A DNA stretch of 64,000 nucleotides from Geosiphon pyriformis uo1 (Eukaryota > Fungi > Glomeromycota). Position numbers and translations under genes: made by a program. The stretch spans positions 277,160-341,159 of the forward strand of contig JAAOMT010000648.1 of assembly GCA_016748015.1 (NCBI GenBank), given 5' to 3'. Positions 52,081-64,000 of the stretch are shown piece after piece. The notes beneath the pieces are model-generated. The model was not told where the DNA came from, did not search any database, and saw only the letters and a program-made list of their open reading frames with translations. The number at the start of each line of letters is the position of its first letter. The first letter of the stretch is position 1.

Positions 52081-52999
52081 ATATAATGTTGAATTAATTT
52101 AAAAGTGATCCTCAGTGAGTCTTAATTGGATTCCTCTTCCTTACAATTGAATTCTATCGAGTTTCGAATACATATTTTTTCAGTTTAGTAATTACATTTA
52201 TAATAAAAGATTGAAACCTATCAAGTTATAACTAGTTTCTATATATCATAATCTTGAAATAAAAAGTTAAAGCATCCCAACACTTTTCAATGAGTTTAGC
52301 GATACAAGGTGGAATTAAAGGCTATATTGCTAGCATTTAAAATTTTTTTTAAAATTTTTACTGCTGCTTTTGAACATTCTTTTGTAGAAATAGGACGAAA
52401 GATTTTTCATTGATTACGTTTTATCTGTGAAACTATCAGTTTCACTTTCACTTTTTTATGCAATTACCGTAGATTGTGTTACAACTTCATGAGAAGAAAC
52501 AACTTTTCAGGTAGAATATTTTACACGTTTTTCTATTTAAATGAGGGTCATAATAGGCTTTTTTTTTATGACAAAAAGATTGTTAATTCATTTCTGAGTA
52601 CTCTTCCAGGTTCTGTATATATTTTATTAAAGGAAAATTTCTTCTCTTGAATCAATTATATTAAGACAATCTGAAAGGTGTAATAAAATCACATAAGAAA
52701 CGCGATCTTGATTGTTGATTTTCTCAGTTGTTCATTTCTTTTAATAATCAATAAATTGTCTTATAATAGTTAATTACGAAATGTGTCATCTTTATGTGAT
52801 TGTTAAATTCAATCGTAAAAATCATAATTAAAGTTTCTCTGGGGATAGATGACTTTTGTAAGTTCTTTTAAAATGATTTCGATAAAGCAAAATAAAAGTT
52901 TTATGTTTTAAATTGAATCAATTAATCAATCAATCAATCAATCAGTCAATCAATCAATATACTTTAATTAATAAAACTGTTGAAAATCAACCATTTTGA

Positions 53000-53730
53000 G
53001 TAGTGAAAGATGACTTGTTTAGATTACTCCTGAATGAATTTATTGCCCTTGAAGCTTTTGCTTTTAAAAAATTTGTTGCAAAGGTTTTATTTTCGAGTCG
53101 CCTTTCATATTTTTTTTACCAAATCGAATATATTTTGATAAAGTCGTCGACTTCCACACTTTCTTTCATGCACTTCTCTGATCTTAAAAACTGTAGATTA
53201 ATTTTTGAATTAATTAATTTTTCCTAACTTCTTTTTGTTATTAATTCCCATAATAACATAGTAAAACTATAAATATCACCAGCTCAAGTAAACCTTTCTC
53301 CTCTTAAAACATCTGGGAAAATGTATAGAATTACTCCATATATATTTTTTTCTCCGACATTACTCTTCCTGGTGGTGTTGTTGTCGTTATTGTTGCTTCA
53401 TTGTTTGGTGTTGTTGTTTTTTTGAGCTTGACTCAATCCAAGGTCTCCAATATTTAGATAAATTTCACCATATTTTAAGATGTTGGCCAAGTGTAGGTTA
53501 CCATAAGCTAAATTAATAGAATGAATTGTCTCAAATCCAGAACCAGACTATATATCCCATATAATAGGACTTTGGCAAAACCCTGAAACATTCGAGTATG
53601 AAATTGTGATAAAGTTTGTCTTGTATGGAAATATTTATATACATATTTTTGGATTTTTTTTGTATCGTCGATTTTGTTGGCTCATAAAATTTTTGGCTGT
53701 TACCTAGAAGTGTAAAATCGCTTCGCATTG
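53000..53730 (-). pseudogene. Tyrosine-kinase-like protein kinase pseudogene (C-lobe fragment)
   Basis: Across frameshifts and stops it reads NLAYGNLHLANIL (HRDLHSGNIL-like), IGDLGLSQ, IYGVILYIFPDVLRGERFT*AGDIYSFTMLLWEL, and a tail HSGVI*TSHL. Confidence 0.82.
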
Positions 53731-55399
53731 TATTTTCAAATAAAGTTTGTCATTCCAAAGTTTTTTTATTATAAAATAAAAAAAGGTTAATTAGAAATAA
53801 TGGAACATTTAAACAAAAAAATACCCTCTAAAAACCTAAGCATAAAGTTTAAGAGTTATCTGTCAATTAATCTAACTTTGGAAGTCAAAATAGTTAAGGT
53901 ATATATAATAATTTATTACTTTTTTGAAAATTTAAAAACTCTTCCAAAAGCTCATTATTGTTAAAATATACATAAATATAAATTAATTACTGTAGGGTGA
54001 TGCTAATTCTTATTTTTACAAGGCTTTTTATGCGTACAAACTTTTTTCTAGCATTTATGCATAGCTTAGAGCCATGTCGTTTTTCATGCTATTACCTTAC
54101 ACTTTGATCATTACATTCATTATTATAGAAAATTTTTATATTTCACATAATTCTGTCCTTTATACCACACTCTTTATCATATTAAATACAATTTTAATCT
54201 TTTTAATAAAAAACTTAGCAGTTAAATATTCAATTTGAGCTTAAAAATTTGATGTTATTTCCCCTGGATTATATATTCATATTATTCTAAAATGGTTACA
54301 GCAAAATCGAAATAGAAATCGTCAAAGATAAGCAAAACTGTAAATTACAAAATTCTTATTGACATAAGAAATTCGAAATTTGCCATATGACTTGTAATAT
54401 TATTCTCGAAATATATCTAAATCATTTTTAGGGATGAGCATCGAGCCTTTATTATTCCGAGCTTAATGTCAAATCCAAGTATTACTTCTATAATTGTAAA
54501 GATGATGAAAGGAAAAAATCATGGGATAAATTTTAGATGAAAAAAAATATATGTTCATTAAGAAAAAAGTAAAAAATCTTGTTTCTATCAAAATTAAAAG
54601 TATAGAATAGCGTTAAAAGGGGAAACATTTCCATTCAAACTCAAAATTTGCTAGCAAATTTATATAGCGGCTCTTTTACTTTCAGACTTTTTGATGTTCT
54701 TATCGTTACATGCTTTTTAAAGAATTTTTTTTAAGAGGTTCAATTTTAAGAAAAAGGAGTTATTCAAGTGAAATATTGAATATTTCAGGGAACTTTTTGT
54801 ATTTATGTTTTTTTATAACGCTAAACCGTTATTAAAATTACATGTTTGGTAACAAAGGGATGAAAATTTCATGAATTTAGAAAATTATTATGTAAATATT
54901 GTGATTATTTAATATGATTTATTTGTTTGTATTTTATACTCAAGTTTGATTGTATTTAATATCATGATAATCAATCAAATTAGAAATGGTATTTATAAAA
55001 CTAAAATATAGTCTTAAAGTTCAAATGAAAGTGAAGAACAAAAAGACTCAACAGTCCTGTAATATTTTTTAATTCTTAATTATTAAGAATTTGTTATAAA
55101 TTTAAAATATTTTTGATACTTATAAAGTTTTTGTTAATTTATAGAAATTAACAATGAATGAATTTAAAATTTTATTATTTAATTAAAGGGGGCTACACAA
55201 TTCAGTAGAAAAGAGTAAAATTGTGTCACCTGAAAGATTTTATGTATAAAGATAGTTGTCTACTGCCCCAGTTCTATACCTTACCACTAGACTGTTAGTC
55301 ATTATTTACCCCTTCCATATTATTATTATTATAATTATTATTATTATTATTATTATCAAAAACTTTTTTTACGTGTCTCCATTATAAATTCAAAACTTT

Positions 55400-58260
55400 T
55401 TACATTATACAGCTTCAACAATTCTTTCAAAAAAAATTGAATTATTGAAAATAATTTTTTATAATTTTATTTTTAATATCTATCTGTGCCAAATATTTTT
55501 AATGTAAAAATATTCGTAAAGTTTCCAAAAACTCATTTATCTAAAATTTATTTTTAATTAAAAAAAATGTACTAATCACATTATTGACATAATTAACAAA
55601 TCAATTAATTTAAAATTTAAAATAAATAATTAAAATCAAAGAATAATTGGTTGATAAATAGATAATAAATTTGAAATAATAATTAAATAAAATATTTTCA
55701 AATTAATATAATAAAAATTCATTAAAATAAAAAAATTGCAAATTGAAGAATTTATAAAATTTTAATTTTGTCGCTTTTTGATTTGATTTTTTAAATGTAT
55801 GCTTAAAAATAACATTTTTTAAAGTTTAATTTAATTTAATATTTTTTTATTTTCAAAAAGTAGTGCATAATTGTTGATTTATCCAAATAAAATTTTCATA
55901 TTATTCATATTAAACTACGTTTAAAAATTGTTAGAATATAATAAATATTTTTTTTATCCAGAAAGTTTATATTAAGTTTGAATTTTCAAATTCTATTGAA
56001 ATTGTTAATTTCATTTATCAAGTCAAATTTAACGTTTCGACAATATTTTTAAATTTTCCCAAATTTAATATTGTAGCTTTTATCAATTATTTATAATTTT
56101 TCTTTAATTTAATTACAAATTTCGAATATTTTTTGTCAAGCTAAATGTATGATTGTTATTGATAACATTTCTAAAGTAAATTTAAATGAAAAAATATTTT
56201 CAGCAATTGTAAAATTAAATAATCATATTTTTTAAAAATTTTTGTTTGATTTATCTGGTATTTTGTTTTGATTAATTTCTTTATTTATTTATAATAATAT
56301 ATTAAAATATTTTATTATAATGTTACTAGATAATATTTAATTATAAGTAATATTTTGGTTAATATGAATAAATGAATTGTAATAATAACAATTATAAGCA
56401 ATTAAATAAACAAAGTTTAAAATTATAAAAAATAATATATTAAGGTGAAATAAAAAATTTATTATAAAAATAATAAACAAAAAAGTTTTTATTATATTAC
56501 TTTTATTATCAAAACAAAATTAATATTTATTAAGTTAAATTAATTTATAATTCTATTATTTAAATTAATTTTGTAATTGATATTTAAATATTTAACCACG
56601 CTAGAAAAGAATTTTATAACAATGAATTTTTTTAAAATAATATATTAATTAAACAATATTATTTTAAAAAATGGTACTATAATTTTTGTTATAATAAAAC
56701 AATTTTATTATAACAACCTAAAAACAATAAATTTATAAATCTAATTAAAATATTATTTTATAAAAATGTTGTAAAATACAAAACTCAAAATTTAAAATAT
56801 TCATTTCTTTTTAATTTTGTTTCTTAATCGAAAGAAATTTTAGTTAGCATTTATTTTTTATTAAAGTTTTTGGCTTTTGTAAACTTGTTTTTTAAAAATA
56901 ACATCATTTTTAAAAAGTTAATTAGCAAATGGAGCAAATAAAGAGTTAATATTAAATTTTAAAAATGAATATTAGGTTCGAAAAATTTAACCCTTATAAT
57001 TAATCAATTGATAATTGTAATTAATTAAATAAATTTAAGCTTATTGCAATGTAATAAAATTAAATACCCTTATTTTAATATAATAATAAAAAGTTGATTT
57101 CGTGCAAAAATAATTGTTTTTATTAACAAAAGTAAAAAAATTTGTAAGAAATTCTACAATAAGTAAATAAAATGTTTTCTATAATTGGATTATTAGTAAA
57201 TAATGTTTAAAAACATAGAAACAAATATTAGTAATTCTAAAAATTGGTAATAAGAAAATTTTTGTTTATTAGCCACATAATTTACCAATTTTATGGTCTT
57301 AGAATAATTTCAACTTTTTATTAATGATTAATTTTAATTATTCTTTTTTTTGAATAATCTTTTGCTTAAATTCAATAAAAGTTGGTAAGTTTAAAAATCT
57401 TTATATTAATTTTTATTCAAAATAATTTGGCAAACACTAACCAGTCTGGATCTATAAAAATATAACCTTGTTAACAAATTATAATAATGAAAAAATAAGA
57501 AAATTAAATTATAAAAAATATATAAAACAATAAATCTTAAATGATTACACATGATTTGAAACAAAAATAATTATCTGAAATAAATTATTAATTTAATCTA
57601 GAAAATTATATTGAATCTTATTCATTTTTTCAATTGTTCTCTTTCGTTTTCCTTATATTCAAATGAGAATAAAATTAAGTATTTTAATAGTTTGTAATAG
57701 AAAATAATTTATTAGTTTAAATTTTTCGATTTAGATAGACATCACAAAAGTTTTTTTGTTTAATATTTTTTTTGCTTGAATTTGATTAACAAAATAGATT
57801 CAACTTTTTTTATTATGAAAAATCTTGCTTGAATTAAGTTAGAAATAATGGTCATATTATTAATGCTATAATGTGTTTAGGTAAATATATTACACTTTTG
57901 GTTACTCAGTTTTGAATTAGTAGCCATTATAAAACTTATCTAAAACTTATTATTTTAATTTAATTTTACAAATAAGCAGTTTAAATGTATTTTTATTGGT
58001 TTATATCAACTTTTTTATTTTATTAATAATAAAAAAGAACTTGTTTTTTTTTAATTAATCTTACATGAAAAAAATTTATAATTTTATTTCATTTACTACT
58101 TGATTGTTAAAAATTAATTATTTTAATTATAATTATTTTATTTTTATATCTGACTTTAAAGTAATCTTTAATCAACTCAATTAATGGTTTAACATGCATT
58201 TTTTAAACATATTTGAAGCATATTACAAGATAAATATCAATATAATTGATTTAATATATA
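55400..58260. mobile_element. Second AT-rich, ORF-free block; probable decayed repeat
   Basis: Base composition and lack of ORFs only. Confidence 0.25.
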
Positions 58261-58647
58261 TAAAATTACTCCGCCAATCAATGATAATTCAGCTGATAGA
58301 AAGGGATTCCCATTATTCATTACTCAAATAGATTGAGCAATTTCAAGTAATTAAAGTTGACTTCGATTCTCCCCTTACAAATATTCTTACTAGCCATTTT
58401 TTATCAACAGAACATCCCAAAATTTGATAATCAGAGAACCAAAATCAATCTTTTAAGTTATTATTCAGAGCACAATTTTCAATCGTTTCTAGATAAAAAC
58501 TTAAAACTAACCAACCGACTAAAATTAAAATTACAAAATATGATACATCTCTATTGATAACAATAAAATTTACCAACTTTAGTTATTAAAAGCCTATAGT
58601 TACTAAAAAACGTGACCGACCTTCTCAAATATATTCTCACACTTTGG

Positions 58648-60008
58648 TCACGAATCTGGCTTCATCAATGCTTCAATTACAGTAGAGAGAGGTTGCATCT
58701 CTTGTTGGTCAATTAGCGCAAATTCTTGAACAAATAGTATGAAATGCTTTAAGCTGGTGTTCAGATGTGGAGTTTCTTCCAACGCTACAACGGCGGACAT
58801 GTGTGATAGGTATATGTGAGCATATACGCGAAATAGTCGTTTAAATATTGTTCGAACAATTTCGCGAAAATTCCGAGGAAAAGGATCTCCTGGATGCGGG
58901 ATTAAATTATATAATTAATTCTAAAATATTAAAAATCAAAAACAGTGTAAAAAATTACGCAATTTACCGATTTTGATCGGAAAAATTGATTCATCATCTA
59001 ACTGATTCTGTATCCATTGCATTAAACGATCTACATAGGCCGGAGCTGACAGCTTTACTGGTTTCTTGTGTGCTCCATCTGACCAATGATATTCATGACT
59101 GGAAATATAAATCGAGGTTTTAATAAAGGGTGTTCATAAAGAATTTTGACAAATCGAAAACAAAACACATAAGAACATCACCTAGATCCGGCTGACATTA
59201 TAGGACACTGTTGGGGGGTACAAAATTCAGTTATGGTGCTATACAACATATTAATTTGGTTGAAAAAATCATAGGCTACAAAAAAAATATTCGATTAAAA
59301 TCAAATAAAAAATATAAAAAATATTTTCCTTTTCTCCAAAAGATTCACCAAATCCCCAAAACAAAATACTTACTATTAACGGCAAGCCATTCGTTCAAAT
59401 CCTCACCATCTGGCAACACCACCGCCAGCCTCAAATTTCCAGAGCCAAGTGTTGCCTTCGCATACTGTTGCAGCTGGTATTGTTTCGTGCCTTCAATCAA
59501 TGGCTTCTTACCTTTGAAAGTTTTCTTGTTGGGGCTGATTTGATATTTGACGTTGTAATCGGGGTTATTGATACCATTTTGGTGAGTTTTCCCGAGTTTG
59601 GAGGATTTTTGATCAGACGATAAAGGAAAAATTTTGAGCCTTTGTTATAAGTGTGTGGAATATTCAAAGCATCGTAAAGTATATATTATAATCAATCGGG
59701 CCAAGAAATAAAGTTGCATAAGTTTCAGACCGAACAGGATTTTTTTTTTGGGACTTATTTTTGCTATTGTTCGTGAGGCTCTTTTCCTGGACACAAAAGT
59801 CTCCATCTTGTGAAATCTTTGTTTCCAAAACTTTCTTCTTTTGTTAAGAATAACACACAAACTTCAGTGCTTCGCTTATGGTACACTTTTTTTACCTTTC
59901 TCTTTATCTAACTTGGTAATATATTTTACTCTCTCTTTCAATCTAAAACGCCACTACCCTCTCACGAATAAAATACGTTTGTACTCACAGACCACCTAAA
60001 AAGTTCAT
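58648..60008 (-). CDS. MOB1: MOB kinase activator (Mob1 family)
   Basis: Exons 60008-59989, 59534-59374, 59275-59182, 59098-58968 and 58889-58648. Translation includes [44 protein letters not shown] and [11 protein letters not shown]...HLNTSLKHF. Confidence 0.95.
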
Positions 60009-61940
60009 ATTTCCGCCGAAGTTTTTTCCTCGTTAACTTGGCAGCAGTAGTATAATAGTAACGGAGCAATCGTCTATCTAAAACTCGCGAAACACGGGTT
60101 TCAGGCTTCTTGACAAGAGGAAATGAGAGAAAGGAAGTGAATCAAACCGAAGTTTCAAACTTAAAAAACGAGAATTTCGATAGCATAATTAAATTTGCTA
60201 ATCATTTTCTTTGGGTTTTATAATGCTTGGGTACCACATTAAGAATGAAGAAATTTTGTATCACCATAACGAGGAGGCGAAGGAGCTACTGCAGGAGAGG
60301 GGTGCCACACTGTGGTGCCACGGTGGCAAGTTTCTTGAAAATCAGGTACATCTTGTTCATTGTTGAGTGATTACGGTATATTGGTTACATCATCATCATC
60401 AGACCTCTAGTCTGTACAATGACGAAGCAGTTGTACACCATGGAAAAAAAACTTTCTTTGCGGCAATTTTGCTTCGGAATGGCGGTGAACTTTTTCAGGA
60501 ATCAGTATTCCCAATTTTGTCTCCCCCTGAGAATAATCATTGTGCCCAGAATCTCAAGATTATTGAATCAAATACAATGGCTTTAATTAACGATACGAAC
60601 TTGTTTGAATGAAAACTCCTGTTTTTTGAAACCGATATAAAAAAACTATTAATGTTTGCTTTTCTCAAAAAGAAACCTTTTTCGGCTGATAGAGTTCAAT
60701 TTCCAAGTTTGTTATAACCCATTGTATTCATTGTTCGGTTGAATATAGTATATAATAATAAATCAAGTTTTTCAACTTTGGATGTAATTTTGGAGACAAG
60801 TGGCATCGTATGATATCATAATATTAGTATACCGGGGTTGCTGATTGAAGGATGAGCAGGGTGCATTGCTGACAATGAGTGCAGCTTTCCCAAATGTTTG
60901 ATCGTCACCCTGCAAACTCCTGCATCATCCAGACTCATCCAAAAAAGAAAAAAAATTTTTAGGCCGCTTGCATTTAAGCTGAGTAGCATTCTCTTGCAAT
61001 CAAGTTGCATGATGATGCCTCTTTGCTTTTTTCAATTGTCATCTGTCACGTTATTCACGTCACAATGATCCCAAAGGCGCCTTTCAAAAGGTTATTAGTT
61101 TACGCGATCGCTATCATTTTCCCCAACATTTCTATCATCTGTTATAGGATTCATTTCGTACTCACAATTCTGATGATCCCCGATCTTTTAGTCTTTATTC
61201 ACAAATTCAGTTTAGAAGTGTTTCCCGATTCATGATTCTCAAATCTTAACTAAAAGTTTAGTGATTGATGCTACTTGATTACACCACTCACCCTCCACCA
61301 CTTTAAGATACATCATACTTTGCTAAAGATACAGATATGCCATGCCCGAAATAAACCACAAGAATTGAATACCACTATCTTTTTTTGCTATTTTCTCCTC
61401 TGATTTCTTCCCGACTTATTTGTATTGCTTAATTTATAAATAAAAAATAATCCGACCATTAGGCTTGTTTTCAAAACTTGATTAGGCTAATCAATTTTTG
61501 TCATATCCGAAATCAAAAGTCAAATGAAAAACAACCAAGATCTTAGCCAAATTCAGAATATAATAAAGAAATCCACCAACCAATCTAATCATAAATCAAA
61601 AAATATAATAAGTAAAAAAAAGGAGTTTAACCCATAAGAGAATGAAAATCCTAGGTTGAATATATTCCACACAAGTGTGGATTCCAGGAAAATCTAATAA
61701 GTCTAATTTCCCAAAAATAATAATAATTTTATAATGGAGAAATCTCCAAAGATAATCAAAAGGGTGGGAATAATGGAAAAAAATCTGTACATTTTATATT
61801 GTTCATGGTTTAGAAATAATAATATATTCAGTACTTTTGCGTTTTTGTAACGTGTATGGTTGTATGGTATAAAAATTCATAGGATAAAAGTTCTTGTTCG
61901 CAGATCATATCTATTACTTCAAAATGCAGAACCTGAAATT

Positions 61941-64000
61941 TCAAGATTCCCATTTTTTGAACATTCCAACGACATCATCCTTCATCTCGTTGACAACTTT
62001 TCGTCGAATAGCATCTTCTTGTTGACGAACAAGGCCCTCAAGCTGCTCGATTCGACGATAACTATCTTCAAGCATTCGAACCGCTTTAGCTAATCTCTCT
62101 TGTAAAATATTTGCGGCTTCTTTTGAATCACTAATAGCGACATTGATGGGTGGCAAGAGTAATTCAGCAAAAGAAGAAAACTTTTGATCCCCATAGGTTG
62201 TTGAAGGACTTAATGATGACCAAGATAAACTCCTAACAGGTGGCGGTGATCCTAGTCTACTATGTTCTGGATACTGTTGTTGTAAAGGGTGTGGATGAAC
62301 ACGGAACGTATCATAATGACCTGTCATTGGGGTATCACCACTCGGCTTTCGCTTTGAACTCTTTTGAGGGGAAGAGGGCGTTGGGCTAGAGTTAGTCTGT
62401 GACATTGATGGGCCGCCCCCTATAGAAATACTGCGCCATTTGATTTGGGTAGCAGAACTGGAATTACTATGACTAGATCGTGAATGACCATTTTGGCCAG
62501 AACCCTCCGCGGTCGGTAGATTATTGGGAAGATGACTATATCTCATTTCGGGCATAGTGGTAGGAGAAGGATTCGGGGTGGGTATATGGTCAAAAGATTT
62601 TCCATTGGCTTTTCCAAGGTATAATAAAATCTCACGAGCTGGTGACCCATAAGGTCCAGCATGTCGCACAGAAGTTTTAGGAGATTTGCCACTACTACTG
62701 CTACGCTTATTAATGTCTTTAGTTTCTTTGGATTTGGGTTTTTCGTTTCCATCTTCATACATATACTGTTCATCATCCTCAGGCTCTTTGACCCAGCGTG
62801 GTCCACCGCCAACCTGAACGAGGCTCCTACGCGCAATCCGTAAATCTACTGATGCAGAATCGTCAGGATCGATTTCCATATTCTCCTCCCATGCATCCTG
62901 TTCTTCGTCATCATTTCCAGCAGATATGTCACTGCTTGCCTCCGAAAAAGTGACTTTAAGTCTTTTTTCTGGATGCTCTTCATTTCTTGAAGTTTGCTGA
63001 TTGTCATGCTTTCCCAAATTTTCATTCTTATCCCCATCTTTGTCATTTGAAACATCATTATCGTTACCAGCATTTCGACGAGTATATTTCCTCTTCTTTC
63101 GTTTACTATTGGCACGTTTAATGAGTTTGAGTACCAAGTCATTATCATCAGCCTCATCATCGATATTAGTCGTATCTTCTGCACCAGTTGGATTTTTATG
63201 TGGTTCTTGATAATACTCATTCGGTTTGGATAATAAATAGTCGAAAAAAGCATCTAAATGAATGGTTCGCATCCATTTCTATCAATGGGAAAATGGAGGG
63301 TAAAAAAAAAAATTTTGGTCAGAGAATAGATCATATCATAAATTTTGCGCCGGGCAGTTTGATTGGTTTTTGGAACCATTATCAAATTAGTACTATTTCA
63401 AGTACAAATCGCGCTCGATCGATGATCCGCGACTTGCATTAATCACACACCACAATGAAACAGGCTATTGAAACAGTGTTACAGTGCTATAGCAAGCTGA
63501 GACAATGTCACAATGTCGATCAAGCAAAGAAGGAACAGTGTACTAATCATACATGATGCATCATTTTTGTTACATTCACTGACCATAATTGAAATAACAT
63601 TTGACAGTTTAATAACATATTTGAGAAAATACCAACCTTTAGCCTCACAGCATATTGTTGGATTTTTTGAGGGCTAGACTCGTCCGTTCGTTCAACACCC
63701 AATTGCTGGGCCAATTTTGTCCAAGTTCTAATTTCGCCCGATTCATGTTTACGCACAAGTTGAAACAATAGCCAAGGATCAAAAGTTTTTCCATCGGATT
63801 TTGGAACGGCGTGAAAAGCACGTTGCAAGGAACTGATATCAGTCTCGATTGGTGCTGCTGGATTACAGTAAAAGATGAATTCGATATACCGGTCTGCAAT
63901 ATTCGATTCATTGATATCTTTTGAAGGAAGATTACGTCGTTGAATTGAAGGTCCAACTTGCTGATATGATGCAAGAGGCCTAGCCGATTGTATTGGAGAA
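61941..64000 (-). CDS. abp2: ARS-binding protein 2 (Abp2) domain protein; 5' end outside the window
   Basis: Exons >64000-63637 and 63278-61941. Translation YIEFIFYCNP...PKSDGKTF...TWTKLAQQLGVE...QKIQQYAVRLK|KWMRTIHLDAFFDYL matches the fungal Abp2 domain as I recall it. Disordered tail with a C-terminal coiled coil. Confidence 0.85.

Noticed and set aside
59211-59860. Short ORFs 59211-59543 and 59645-59860
   Set aside because: Antisense to, or intronic within, MOB1.
60340-60402. C/D-box snoRNA on the minus strand (ATGATGA...CTGA)
   Set aside because: The C box comes from a (CAT)n microsatellite; no terminal stem or rRNA guide was recognised.

Overview
AT-rich eukaryotic (fungal) DNA with short spliceosomal introns. 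A Glomeromycotina-like origin is inferred from a decayed TKL-type kinase, an intronless BTB gene and the gene style; I have not verified this. The left half (1-32.9 kb) is a tandem array of 11 class 3 lipase-fold (Lipase_3, Rhizomucor-type) genes, which I rebuilt exon by exon (L1-L11). They share intron positions and carry N-terminal hydrophobic segments with long, variable pro/stalk regions. In 9 of 11 the nucleophile-elbow Ser is replaced by Gly (GHG[I/L/V][G/A]G). The catalytic Asp is kept in all 10 complete copies and the His in 9 of 10. Only L5 (GWSLGG) and L9 (GHSLGG) have a full triad. This looks like a maintained, diversifying family of secreted or anchored pseudo-lipases in two nested subfamilies. 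Further right are a possible truncated family derivative with 60-bp repeats, two paralogous small secreted proteins, a scaffold gap, a multi-pass membrane protein with CLN6-like motifs, and a BTB/POZ gene. After these come AT-rich relic blocks, an N/Q-rich repeat gene with a probable homopolymer frameshift, a kinase pseudogene, MOB1, and the 3' part of an Abp2-domain gene. All exon coordinates were read by eye.
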